The notes: generated by a model from the sequence alone, not told the origin. Positions 39,398 through 49,817 are shown, counted from the whole stretch's first letter. The stretch: 63,310 bases of DNA, filler included, from Eubacteriales bacterium (GCA_045636665.1; 7 parts of 7 records of this genome joined end to end with filler, not necessarily neighbours in it); one strand, 5' to 3'. Made by a program: numbers and translations.

Positions 39398-40698
39398 ATG
39401 AAAAAATCACAAGGTTTTTTGCCGTTTTGCTATGCTTTGCTTTGTTTTTGTGCATAGCGGCGTGTGATGATGCAAATAACGTGATATTGCAGGATGATTC
39501 GACAGAGATTCAAGAATCGTCAGTATCAGAGGATTCTACTACTTCGGAAGAATCTTTAATTTCCGAACCGCAGAGGGAAAATAAGATGGAATATTTTAAA
39601 AATTACGTATCAAATACCTTGGCAGGAACGTCGAACCAGCTTTTCTTTAACAATTCTTCCGCAAACGGTAAATCGAGCGAGGGTATGATGTTCTATAAGG
39701 CTACGGTTGGCGGTGAATTTGATTATTCGATACTCTTTTCAAACGCTATTGACTCAACCTATGCTATGGGACTTACTGGCACACCGAATATGATACTCGG
39801 CAATTTTGACATTTCAAGTGTTAAAATCGGCGTTTTAAAGAAAGGAAACACCGCCACACCCGAAAGCGTTGAAGCAAATACCAAGCTTATCGAAACGAGC
39901 GTTAAAAAATACACACACTCGAATAAGGTGACTTATTTTGAAACCGAGCCGATAAAGCTTAACGCAGAGGCAGACGATTATATCGTTATCTTGGTTGAAT
40001 TTTCGGGCTCTCGTATTCCCTGCCACGTAGAAGCGCTAATACCAACTTTTAAAAAGGTTGGAAACGTTTGGAAGGCAGACAAAAACATTCCGCTTGCGAA
40101 TATGGTCGGTATTAAACGAAGCGTTAGGGCGACGGTTGCTTATCTCGGCGACTCGATAACGCAAGGCATCGGTGTTGAGGAAAATAATTATTCTTTTTGG
40201 TCTGCCGTTGCTTCTAAAAAGCTCGGTAACGATTTTGCATATTGGAATCTCGGTATCGGTTACGCAAGATGCGAGGACGTTGCCACAGACGGCGCTTGGC
40301 TTTTAAAAGCAAAGCAGGCGGAATACGTTGTTGTTTGCCTTGGCGTTAACGATTTGCTTCACGAAAATGCCGATGCCGATACCTTGAGCAAGAACCTCGA
40401 GCTTGTCGTTGACAAGCTTAACGTTGCGGGTTGTCAAGTAATTTTGCAAACTGTACCTCCCTATTCGGCTTATTCCCAAGCGAACATCGACACTTGGTAT
40501 GCTGTAAACGATTATATCTTAAACGAGCTTTCAAAAAAGGTTGTTGCCGTTTTTGACCCGAGCAGTCTTTTGATGACTTCGGAAAAGGTTCCAAACAAGG
40601 TTCTTTACGGAGGACATCCCAACGCGCAGGGCGGCAGAGTTTGGGGTACCGCGCTTTATAAATTTTTGACAGAAAACGTTGACATTTTCAAGAAATAA
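39398..40698 (+). pseudogene. SGNH/GDSL lipoprotein with an apparent 1-nt frameshift in an A6 run just after the start codon
   Basis: SD GGGAG + ATG 39398 is out of frame; adding one A gives MKKITRFFAVLLCFALFLCIAAC (lipobox); GDSIT, NLGIG, GVND, GGHP. Confidence 0.72.
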
Positions 40699-40701
40699 AG
40701 C

Positions 40702-40730
40702 AAAAAGACCGTAATTTACGGTCTTTTTTT
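40702..40730. terminator. Bidirectional terminator
   Basis: AAAAAGACCGTAA-t-TTACGGTCTTTTT between convergent genes. Confidence 0.85.
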
Positions 40731-40781
40731 ATTATTCAAATGTGTTTTCGATTGGGCGGAAAATTAACAAAACATTCTCCG

Positions 40782-41447
40782 TTAAGGATTTGAATGCTTT
40801 TCACACACAGAAATAAAATGTTCAAAAATCTTAGCGCCGTTTACCGTATCGGTTCTTGCTTTTGCAAAGCACATTCTTTCGGGGTGGAATTGAACGCTGA
40901 AGATGGGGAGCGTGGTATGCTCGTGCGCTTCGATATATTCACCGTTCCAATATGCGGTCGCGCGCAGACCCTTGCCTAAATCCTTAACAGCTTGGTGGTG
41001 AGAGCTGTTTACCGCAAAGGATTCACCATAGAGGGTATTAAGGATACTTCCCTCAGTTGCGGTAATATTATGTACCGAATCGTCACCGTTAACGCTAACG
41101 TGAAGGTCGGCTCTTTGTAAATGCTGATAAAGCGAACCGCCGAAATAGACGTTTATAAGCTGACAGCCGCGGCAGATACCAAGCACAGGCTTGCCTGCCT
41201 CGACGAATGCCTTAAGAAGCGCAAATTCGGCAACGTCGCGCTCGATATCGATGCCCTTTGAGCCGTTAATCTCCTCGCCGTAATATTTCGGGTCAATATC
41301 ACAGCCGCCGCACAGAATCAATCCGTCGTAATTTGTATCTGCTTCGGGCAAATATTTTGCAACAGCTTCTGCGCCGACGCCCTCAAGCGCATTAATATAG
41401 TTTTCCGCACTTGTGCCGCTCGACAGTAAAATTTTCATTTTTCGCAT
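40782..41447 (-). CDS. Class I glutamine amidotransferase-like, peptidase C26 (PuuD-like gamma-glutamyl hydrolase)
   Basis: LCGGCDIDP, GICRGCQLINV, VNSSHHQAV, VQFHPE. Confidence 0.9.
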   Translation of the reverse strand: MRKMKILLSSGTSAENYINALEGVGAEAVAKYLPEADTNYDGLILCGGCDIDPKYYGEEINGSKGIDIERDVAEFALLKAFVEAGKPVLGICRGCQLINVYFGGSLYQHLQRADLHVSVNGDDSVHNITATEGSILNTLYGESFAVNSSHHQAVKDLGKGLRATAYWNGEYIEAHEHTTLPIFSVQFHPERMCFAKARTDTVNGAKIFEHFISVCEKHSNP

Positions 41448-41466
41448 AATCGCACCGTCCCGATTA

Positions 41467-42675
41467 TCAAAGCTCTTCAAAAACAAGCTCGCCGTTTTCA
41501 TCCGCTGTTGCCGCCTTGAACGTCATCACGCCTGCGTATCCGCCGCCGCTTTTGTATCCCGCAAAAATCATTCTTCCGTTCCACTCGGCGCATTTGGGAA
41601 CGCTTGAGCAAGGAACGATTGGGTTGCTCGGCATTACGAAATCCTCGAAGGGCTTATCAGATATCATATAATGCGCCTTTGTTTGAAGACTGAAAATCAA
41701 ATAATACTTTCCATTATAAAAGAAATAGTCGGGGCATTCGGGCTGAACAGCACTTTCGGACACGTATATGGGCTTACCGTAGTCCTCCCAGTTTTCGAGA
41801 TCCTTTGAAACGTAATGGGCAAGGCATCCCTTTTCCTGCTCGACAAGACTCGTTGTTAAAAGCATATGAAACAGACCGTCTTCGCCTTTAATGACCTTGG
41901 GATCTCTTGCACTTGCCATATTATATTTTTCCGAAAGTGTAAATCCAAAGGATTCATCCTTTTCAAAATGGTAACCGTCGTTTGATACGCTTCGACGAAT
42001 CGGAGCAGGGATTCCCCTTCCCCTTCTTACCGTATAATACAAATATTCCTTATCTCCGTTCCTTATCCAAGAGCCGGTACATATCGAGCCCTCGGTCGAA
42101 TCGGTTATAGGAACCGCCATGGGATGAATTTTCCAGGTTTTAAAATCGTTTGTGGAAATGTGCTCCCACTGATGCGCGCCAAGACACCATTTGCTTCGGT
42201 GGCTATGTCTGTCCTTAAGATAAAGCACGTGATATTCGTCATCGCGTCTGTAGGGCATACAGTCACCTACAAGCACACCGTTTCCGGGGTTCCAGCCCTC
42301 TGCATTTTCAAAGCAAGCTATTACGCTCGGTTCTGTTTTGATAGGTTGTAAATATTCCTCAACGCAGACCTCGACAATCGAATCAATCGCATCGCCAAGC
42401 TCAAAAAGGCGGTTGCCTGCGGGCCACTCCTCGTCGGTAATCATACCGTTGATATACAGCTCGATTCGGTGAGGCATAAGAACGATTTCAACGAAATCGT
42501 TTTCCTTCACCGCCGAAGAAAGACGAAGCGGTATTCGGTCGTAATCATATTGAACGTCGCAGGAAATTTCGCCGTCAAACGCTTGAAATTCAAAGGTTTT
42601 TCTTCCGTTTTTATAGGCAATTCCATAACACGGAAGCTTTTGTATATGAAAAGAAATTTTTATATTATTCATCAT
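41467..42675 (-). CDS. GH32-like (clan GH-J) five-bladed propeller glycosidase with extra N-terminal region
   Basis: GDCMPY, HQWEHIST, CTGS, RDP, ECPD. Confidence 0.75.
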   Translation of the reverse strand: MMNNIKISFHIQKLPCYGIAYKNGRKTFEFQAFDGEISCDVQYDYDRIPLRLSSAVKENDFVEIVLMPHRIELYINGMITDEEWPAGNRLFELGDAIDSIVEVCVEEYLQPIKTEPSVIACFENAEGWNPGNGVLVGDCMPYRRDDEYHVLYLKDRHSHRSKWCLGAHQWEHISTNDFKTWKIHPMAVPITDSTEGSICTGSWIRNGDKEYLYYTVRRGRGIPAPIRRSVSNDGYHFEKDESFGFTLSEKYNMASARDPKVIKGEDGLFHMLLTTSLVEQEKGCLAHYVSKDLENWEDYGKPIYVSESAVQPECPDYFFYNGKYYLIFSLQTKAHYMISDKPFEDFVMPSNPIVPCSSVPKCAEWNGRMIFAGYKSGGGYAGVMTFKAATADENGELVFEEL

Positions 42676-42686
42676 ATATCCTCTTG

Positions 42687-44090
42687 TTAAACGTAATTAA
42701 TAAAATCGGAAAAGCCGTCGTTATAATCGATTTTGCCAAGCGCAAGTGCGGAAAACAAAGCAACTCCCGTTGCGGCTTCCTCTTTGACCGAGCAGACCGA
42801 TACGCTCATACCAAATTTATCCTCCAAAACTCGCCTTAAGACGTTGTTTTTTCTAATAGCGCCGCCCGAGGCAACGATACGTGTCTTTTTTGTATGCATC
42901 GCTTGATATAATTGATACAACTCGTCGCACATCCCGTGAATGACTCCGAGTGCAAGTGCCGACGGAGTGAAATTATAAAGGTCTATGTTTTCAATACAGC
43001 CGCGCCGTTTCGGTTCATTACGCGTTCCGCAAAACGCAGTGGTAACCGAAAGCGGTTTTTCGCCGTTTTCATAGGCTTTTAACGCCAAACCGTTAATGTT
43101 TTCGTACTGCGAAGCATCGTCCATGCCTAAAAACGAAGCATAGCTTCTGAAAAAACGCTCGACCAACGCATAAGCCGAGCCGCCGCAAAGAGCAGAACCG
43201 CACAATAATTTTTTACTTTCTATCAGAGGACGAAGCTCGTTTCCTTCTCCGTACTCGCAAAAATTACCTGCCGCCGATATTTGCGAACCTGTGCCGATAT
43301 TTATCAAAAGGCTTTCATTGACGTTTTTCACCGAACCTAAAAAGCTCGCCTGATTATCTCCAATAGGAATCGATACGGGTATATTCTTCCATTTCCCGAT
43401 AATTTCGCTTGAAGCAGTCACTTTGGGTAAAAATGTATTGTCAAATCCTAAAAGCGACAACTTTTCAAGCATAAAGCCTTGCGTATCGACAGAAAACATA
43501 CCAAAACTCGCGGCAACCGAAGTATGAGTGACGGCTTTTTTCAAACCGCACAACCTCATAGCGAAATAATCCATAATACTGCAAAATCCAACAGCATTAT
43601 CGGGAACAAGATGATTTTTAATGTTATATAAGTGTGTAGCAATGCCGTAACCTGAAGATATTTCTACATCCGTCAAGTTTTTTATCGTTTCGCAGATGCT
43701 CACACCGCCGTCGACGGAAATGTCAGCGCGCTTATCCTGCCAATTTATAAGATTCGAAACTGCAAAGCCGTTTGCATCAACATAAACGATACCGTGCATC
43801 TGACCTGTTATTCCGATACTGACAATATTGCGGTAGCTTTGATGTATTTTGTTAAGTATGCTCTCTGCTTTTTCGATTATAACCGAAACGCTTTGCTCGG
43901 AATACAGCGGCTGCTCAACGTATGAATCGTGGGGTACAGAAAAAGCATCAATCTGTTCTTTATTTGTTAGATCGATTACCGCGGCGCTCACGGTAGTTGT
44001 GCCAATATCAATGCCTACCGCTAAAGAAGGTGAATCATTAATTTCCGCATTAATTTTATAACGCAAGTTCTTATCCGCCAAGCCGACCAC
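42687..44090 (-). CDS. FGGY-family carbohydrate kinase (sedoheptulokinase-like); start uncertain
   Basis: GIDIGTTTVS, GITGQMHG, WQD, GDNQAS, NIGTGSQIS, EEAATG. Confidence 0.85.
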   Translation of the reverse strand: MVGLADKNLRYKINAEINDSPSLAVGIDIGTTTVSAAVIDLTNKEQIDAFSVPHDSYVEQPLYSEQSVSVIIEKAESILNKIHQSYRNIVSIGITGQMHGIVYVDANGFAVSNLINWQDKRADISVDGGVSICETIKNLTDVEISSGYGIATHLYNIKNHLVPDNAVGFCSIMDYFAMRLCGLKKAVTHTSVAASFGMFSVDTQGFMLEKLSLLGFDNTFLPKVTASSEIIGKWKNIPVSIPIGDNQASFLGSVKNVNESLLINIGTGSQISAAGNFCEYGEGNELRPLIESKKLLCGSALCGGSAYALVERFFRSYASFLGMDDASQYENINGLALKAYENGEKPLSVTTAFCGTRNEPKRRGCIENIDLYNFTPSALALGVIHGMCDELYQLYQAMHTKKTRIVASGGAIRKNNVLRRVLEDKFGMSVSVCSVKEEAATGVALFSALALGKIDYNDGFSDFINYV

Positions 44091-44323
44091 ACCTTTCGTA
44101 AAACAATTATAATATATTATAGCTATTCTCTGCGGTGCTTGTAAATAGTTTTTTGAAAGTTTTTATTACATCTTGGCGCTTATATATTGTTTGTCAAGAA
44201 AATATCGTGACGAGAGCGCAAGATCGAAAACTATTTCGACCTTCGGTCGAATGTTGTTGCGTCCTGCGGGCAAAAAAGGAAAAGCAAGTCCGAAGACTTG
44301 CTTTATGAGAATCAAGTTTATTA

Positions 44324-44701
44324 TTAAAAATGTATATACCCGCATTTAGGACATTTAGGGTAATCGATATCATGAACGTCACCGCATTCGGGACAGGTTA
44401 TTTGAGGAATTTCGTCAGAAGTTTTGCCGGTATACTCTTCTTTAAACTCTCTCATTTGACGCTTATAGATCTTCAATCTCTTACGTTGAGCGTTTGCATA
44501 CAAAAGAAAGAGAAAACCTATGCCCCCCATTATTAAAAAAGCAATTATCTTAGTCACCGTTTGGGATCCGAACATCTCGGGACTAACCGTCACGTCGCCG
44601 AAAAACGGAAACAAGCCAAGTGCAAAAAAGGCAACAGCTCCAATAATCCCGCCGATAAGCTCGGGCAATGGATTGCCTATTATCGACTTTTCATCCTTCA
44701 T
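44324..44701 (-). CDS. Small 2-TM protein with C-terminal zinc ribbon
   Basis: CPECG...CPKCG; SD AAGGAAG; own promoter TTGACA-N17-TATAGT upstream on the minus strand. Confidence 0.75.
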   Translation of the reverse strand: MKDEKSIIGNPLPELIGGIIGAVAFFALGLFPFFGDVTVSPEMFGSQTVTKIIAFLIMGGIGFLFLLYANAQRKRLKIYKRQMREFKEEYTGKTSDEIPQITCPECGDVHDIDYPKCPKCGYIHF

Positions 44702-44826
44702 AATGACACTTCCTTTACTTTTTGAAGTATTGATATGCATATTACTATAACCCAAAAGCTTTATATTGTCAAGTTAGTCATATGGGAATAATGCGGATTC
44801 CAAAGCAATGCTACTAATATATAGAA

Positions 44827-45897
44827 TTACATAATCGCTACGGGGGTTAGCATTTTAATGATTTTTTGCATACGGGGATCATCCTTGAATCTAATGTATT
44901 TTTCTCCGTTCAGATGCTTAAGAAGCAAACCGGAATCATTTTCGGTATAATTCTTATATGCATTATTTACAGACTGTTCAACCTTGTTTACCATAAATGC
45001 CGTATACATTCCATCTTGACGGCTATCGTATTTAACGGCGTGAATTGCTGCTTTTTCAAGAGATGCAAACATATTGTCCTCATCGTCAAGCTTTAAATAG
45101 CAGGCTGCCATTTCTTTATAGCAATCAGAAATCCTCCCGTGATAAAATCCGAAATTACCATCGGAATACAGCAAACTAAAACAATCAATTGCAAACTTAA
45201 ATGCTTTTATGTAATCCTCCCAGGAGTAATTCCCTTTCCAACACATAATACAAGTATTGCCCCAAATCATATCAACAAGGTTTTGAATGTTTGTTTGGCA
45301 AAGCTTGATAGCCTCATCACCTTCAAAAAATCGCGGCATCATCTCATTTGAGGTAATTGCATAGCTGTTAGCCATTTGCGCGTATTTCTTTGCAGACTCG
45401 GCATCGCCCTTAACAAAATAATAAGTAAAGCTTAGGCATTGGATCGCACCGCCTCTTAATGAATTGTCGGTAGATTCGGCTAATATTCTTTCGCCGTATT
45501 CGATGATTTCGTCGGCGTATTCCTTGTTATTATCAGCATCTAAAGCGTACATCAGACCATGAAGAACAGATAAATCATTGGGAAATTCCTTCTTTGCTTC
45601 TCTCCATAAAGCAACTCGTTCAGAGCTTTTTCCCTCACGGTGCAGGGCTGCATCTTTATTATAATAATCTTCAAGTTTCTTTTCTTTTTCAATTTGTCCC
45701 ACACCAAGAAGGTCATCAACACTCACACCGTAAAAGGAGGCGATTGCAGGCAAAAGTGTAATATCGGGATAACCCTCGTCGCGTTCCCATTTTGAAACGG
45801 CTTGCATAGTAATACCAAGATGCATCGCCAAATCTTCCTGTGTGTTTCCTTTGTCTTTGCGTAGCTTTTTAAGTTGTTCACTCAGAAATATGTTCAT
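44827..45897 (-). CDS. XRE-family HTH regulator with helical (TPR-like) C-terminal domain
   Basis: LRKDKGNTQEDLA...QAVSKWERDEGYPDITLLPAIASFYGVSVDDLLG. Confidence 0.88.
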   Translation of the reverse strand: MNIFLSEQLKKLRKDKGNTQEDLAMHLGITMQAVSKWERDEGYPDITLLPAIASFYGVSVDDLLGVGQIEKEKKLEDYYNKDAALHREGKSSERVALWREAKKEFPNDLSVLHGLMYALDADNNKEYADEIIEYGERILAESTDNSLRGGAIQCLSFTYYFVKGDAESAKKYAQMANSYAITSNEMMPRFFEGDEAIKLCQTNIQNLVDMIWGNTCIMCWKGNYSWEDYIKAFKFAIDCFSLLYSDGNFGFYHGRISDCYKEMAACYLKLDDEDNMFASLEKAAIHAVKYDSRQDGMYTAFMVNKVEQSVNNAYKNYTENDSGLLLKHLNGEKYIRFKDDPRMQKIIKMLTPVAIM

Positions 45898-46071
45898 TTT
45901 ATTCCTCCTTAATTAAGTACATGCGCTTGTTCTGAAAATATTATAACAAAGCAAAAATGCAATTACAATAACCGCATTGTTGATTTCGTGTTGAATTATT
46001 AAACGCATAGTTGAACATTAAAACACAAAAAAGTCCTTGAAAAACAAGGACTTGGATATCTTAAATAACGG

Positions 46072-46635
46072 TTAATTATTATTTTGAATTTTCACAACAC
46101 TGTCTTGCTTAACAATCTCACGTAATTCCTTTGTCCAAGCTGACCATTCGGAATTCTTTTGTCCGTACGTAAGATTTTCTTCATATTCCAATGGGATCCA
46201 CGTAGAAATATCGGCCTCATTATGAGAAATCAATGCTTCCAAATTATCAAGTGCTTTATACAGCCTTGCTTCGTCGGTACGCAGTTCTTTCATTTCTGAA
46301 AAGAGATAAGACAATTCGTCACCTACTTCGGACGGCAATAAAGCGAGCAATTCATAGATAGCAGCATCCTCGTCAATCTCATCTTTTTGAGTTTTGCAAA
46401 ATGCAGGGATATCACCGGTTATGGCTTCGCCAAAATCATGGATCAGGCACATTTTTATCACTTTATTAATATCAACATCAGGATATTCATCGCCACAAAG
46501 CATCGCCATTACAGCAAGCCGCCACGAATGCTCGGCAACAGACTCATGCCTGCCGCTCGAAGTCCACGAATGACGAGTATTACATTTTAGTTTTTCGATT
46601 ACATTCAAGAATTCAATATATTTCCTGCAATCCAT
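46072..46635 (-). CDS. HD-domain phosphohydrolase (YfbR/HDDC2-like)
   Basis: ESVAEHSWR, LIHDFGEAITGDIP, ALDNLE. Confidence 0.9.
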   Translation of the reverse strand: MDCRKYIEFLNVIEKLKCNTRHSWTSSGRHESVAEHSWRLAVMAMLCGDEYPDVDINKVIKMCLIHDFGEAITGDIPAFCKTQKDEIDEDAAIYELLALLPSEVGDELSYLFSEMKELRTDEARLYKALDNLEALISHNEADISTWIPLEYEENLTYGQKNSEWSAWTKELREIVKQDSVVKIQNNN

Positions 46636-46789
46636 TTTTACCCCTCATAAGTTTTAGTTTGAAACCGGATCAATTGCAAAATATAAACACAAAAGCAAAA
46701 ATCCAAGCCGTTTGACTTGGATTTTCGTATATTCGGATATATTGCTAAGGTACTATCGGAAAAATGTGATGATTTTGATTTAGTTGAAG

Positions 46790-46889
46790 NNNNNNNNNNN
46801 NNNNNNNNNNNNNNNNNNNNNNNNNNNNNNNNNTTAATTAATTAANNNNNNNNNNNNNNNNNNNNNNNNNNNNNNNNNNNNNNNNNNNN
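46790..46889. other. Artificial contig linker
   Basis: N-run + TTAATTAATTAA. Confidence 0.99.
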
Positions 46890-47409
46890 CTGCATCCACA
46901 GCAAAGGGTTCGCCCTTGCACATAATCTGACGGGCGCGGAACATTGCAAATGACGGCTTGTTTTCGATAAGCGATTCTATTTCCTCGACAAGACAAAGCT
47001 TTTCGGTTTCGACGTTGCGTACGGGGAAGACTCCGTTTTCAACGTGTGGGTTAAAAATCGCATCGCCAAGCAATTGCGTTGCGCGGAAAAGCACCCTTTC
47101 ACCGTTGAAGGCAAAGGAATCGGCGATTGTGTTTATTTCAAGGCGAACAAGTAAAATTTCGCCTCTGCGTTGAACGTAGGCATCCAAGCCCAAGGCGTAA
47201 AGGTCGTCCTTGATGACCGAAAAGGATTGCATTGTGTTATAGTTGCCCGTTGATAATGACAAAAGGTTGGTAAGCAACGAATATCCCGATGCTGTTTCAA
47301 CGTCCAACGGTACGGCAAAAGAAACCGTCATTACGGCGGATTTGAACTTTTCGGTTTTATATGCGGCAAGGTAAACGCCCTCGCTCGGTCGGCTTGTTTT
47401 TATATTCAT
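46890..47409 (-). CDS. M16 peptidase-like protein (YmfF-like subunit), 3' truncated
   Basis: TEKFKS, DLY, IFNP...F...VETEK, IENK, MCKGEPF. Confidence 0.75.
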
Positions 47410-47417
47410 TCGTGTCC

Positions 47418-48185
47418 TTAGATAAGCGATGCGCTGTCTGCATCAAGATAAAGCTTTGCGTTGTTGTGTCTGCGGAGTATTGTTGCGGGGCATTCCTCGT
47501 TAATTTCGCCGTTTATTGTGCGGTTAACTGCGTTTGCTTTTGTTTTCGCAGGTACGATACAGAAAACGCTTTCTGCCGCAACGAGTGTGGGGATGGTAAG
47601 AGTGAGCGCATATTCGGGTACGTCGGAAAGCTGCTTGAAGCAACCGTCGTTTACCTGCTGCATACGGCAGGTTTCGTCGAGCGAAACGACCTTGACTACC
47701 TTTTCATCGTTAAAATCCGCAACGTGGGGGTCATTAAAGGCGATATGGCCGTTTTCGCCGATGCCCATAATGATAATATCGCATTTATTTGCGGTCAAAA
47801 GCGCGGAATAACGTGCGCATTCTGCTTCGGGGTCGATTGCAGTGCAGTCGATATAATCGACCGATGCAAAGGGAACGCGGCCGAAAATTGCGTTTTTAAG
47901 GAAGTTGCCAAAGCCCTGAGGCGCATCCGCAGGAAGACCGATATATTCGTCCATATGGAATGCGTGAATTTTCGACCAATCGATCGATTTGTCGTTGATA
48001 AGCGAAGCAAGAAAATCGTTTTGGCTGGGTGCCGCCGCGAAAATCATATTGATTTCGCCCTTTTCCTTTATTTGGCGGTTGATTTCCGCCGCCGCCTCGC
48101 GCGCGGAATATTCGCCCATTTCTGCGCGGGTTTCGAATGCAAGATATTCAAGCTTGTCGATTTTGCCTTGTTTGATAATTGCCAT
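47418..48185 (-). CDS. nagB: Glucosamine-6-phosphate deaminase family protein
   Basis: FHMDEYIGL, GIGENGHIAFNDP, CPATIL; adjacent to nagA. Confidence 0.88.
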   Translation of the reverse strand: MAIIKQGKIDKLEYLAFETRAEMGEYSAREAAAEINRQIKEKGEINMIFAAAPSQNDFLASLINDKSIDWSKIHAFHMDEYIGLPADAPQGFGNFLKNAIFGRVPFASVDYIDCTAIDPEAECARYSALLTANKCDIIIMGIGENGHIAFNDPHVADFNDEKVVKVVSLDETCRMQQVNDGCFKQLSDVPEYALTLTIPTLVAAESVFCIVPAKTKANAVNRTINGEINEECPATILRRHNNAKLYLDADSASLI

Positions 48186-48191
48186 TTTTAA

Positions 48192-49331
48192 TTACCTCGT
48201 ATAAATAAATTTACCGCCCGAAACAACCGAATAAACGTTTATTTCGTCGTCGAATACTGTAAAGTCTGCGCGTTTGCCGATTGAAATTTCGCCTCTGTCG
48301 GTGATACCGATCATTTTTGCGGGGGTAGCGGTCATCATCCTTACCGCATCCTCAAGCGTTGCACCTGCTTTTATTGCGTTACGGACAAGGCGGTCTGTCG
48401 TTGCGACCGAGCCAGCAAATGCTTCGCCGCCCGGCATTTTTGCAACGCCGTCCTCGATATAGCATTCCTGACCGTTGGTGAGAGAGCCGAGAATGGTTTT
48501 GCCCTCGGTCATACCTGCGCCGCGCATTGCGTCGGTAACAAGCGCACATTTGTCGACACCCTTTGCGCGGAAAACGTAGCCGAGCATCGAATGGGGAAGA
48601 TGCTTGCCGTCACAGATAACCTCGACGGTAAGCTGGTCAATCATATATCCGCTTTCGATCATACCGGGGTAACGGTAGCCGCGGTTTCTTGTCAATGCGC
48701 TCATACCGCTGTAAAAATGCGTTAAATGGTTATATCCGTGCTTGACCGCTTCGAGCACCTGCTCGTAAAGCGCATCGGAATGTCCCATCGAAGCGCAAAT
48801 GCCGCGCTTTTCAAGCTCGTCGCCAAGTTCCAGCGCGCCGTCAAGCTCGGGCGCGACCGACCAACGTGCAATCAAATCGCCGCCTTCGTTAAGTATCTTT
48901 TCATAGTGGCTTTTTTCGGGATTTTTTAAATATTTGGGATCCTGCGCGCCTGCTTGCTTGGACGAGAAATAGGGACCTTCAAGGTGCATTCCGTAGAACA
49001 TACCGCCATAGGTTTCGTCCTTTTGAGCTTCACGCAGAATATTGAACGACTCAAAAAGCTCCTCGTCGGGGCAGGTGAGTGTTGTCGGCAGGAAGGTTGC
49101 CGTACCGTGTGAGGAATGAAGCCTTGCCGCACCCAAAAACGCATCGATCGTGCCGTCCATAAAATCGTGACCGCCGCCGCCGTGTACGTGGATGTCGATA
49201 AAGCCGGGAGCAACGTAAAGATTGCTTTCAACCTCTGCTTCGACAATATCGGTTATAATGCCGTTTTCATAAAAAACCTTGCCGTTAATAATACCGTTTG
49301 GAGTAATTATTTTGCCCGAAATTTCTTTCAT
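48192..49331 (-). CDS. nagA: N-acetylglucosamine-6-phosphate deacetylase (in frame with upstream ispF)
   Basis: [42 protein letters not shown]. Confidence 0.93.
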   Translation of the reverse strand: MKEISGKIITPNGIINGKVFYENGIITDIVEAEVESNLYVAPGFIDIHVHGGGGHDFMDGTIDAFLGAARLHSSHGTATFLPTTLTCPDEELFESFNILREAQKDETYGGMFYGMHLEGPYFSSKQAGAQDPKYLKNPEKSHYEKILNEGGDLIARWSVAPELDGALELGDELEKRGICASMGHSDALYEQVLEAVKHGYNHLTHFYSGMSALTRNRGYRYPGMIESGYMIDQLTVEVICDGKHLPHSMLGYVFRAKGVDKCALVTDAMRGAGMTEGKTILGSLTNGQECYIEDGVAKMPGGEAFAGSVATTDRLVRNAIKAGATLEDAVRMMTATPAKMIGITDRGEISIGKRADFTVFDDEINVYSVVSGGKFIYTR

Positions 49332-49343
49332 ATTCAAAACCCC

Positions 49344-49817
49344 ATATTTTGTAATAAGCGCAACCCCAATTGCGGCGATGCCTTCTTTTTTACCCGTAAA
49401 GCCAAGCCCTTCCTCGGTCGTAGCTTTAATACCGACCTGTTCCTTTTCAATTTTTAACGAGTCGGCAATGTTTTTTCGCATATCGTCGATATGCGGCGCG
49501 AATTTCGGCGCTTGCGCGATTATCGTAGCGTCGACGTTATTTATTGTATATCCCGACGAGCGGAGAATGTTTCCGACCTCGGCAAGAAGAATTTGCGAAT
49601 TTATATCCTTGAATTTGTTGTCGTTATCGGGAAAATGCTTCCCAATATCACCCAACGCGGCTGCGCCGAGAAGCGCATCGCAGATAGCGTGCGTGAGCAC
49701 GTCGGCATCCGAATGGCCCAACAGACCGTAATTATATTCGATCTCTTTGCCGCCCACAATCAATTTTCTGCCCTCGACAAGGCGGTGAACGTCATATCCC
49801 TGACCGATTCTGATCAT
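49344..49817 (-). CDS. ispF: 2-C-methyl-D-erythritol 2,4-cyclodiphosphate synthase (no stop codon; reads into nagA)
   Basis: [42 protein letters not shown]. Confidence 0.95.

Noticed and set aside
44324..46789. Prophage or anti-phage defence island
   Set aside because: No integrase, structural genes or recognisable defence domains; kept only as an accessory strip.
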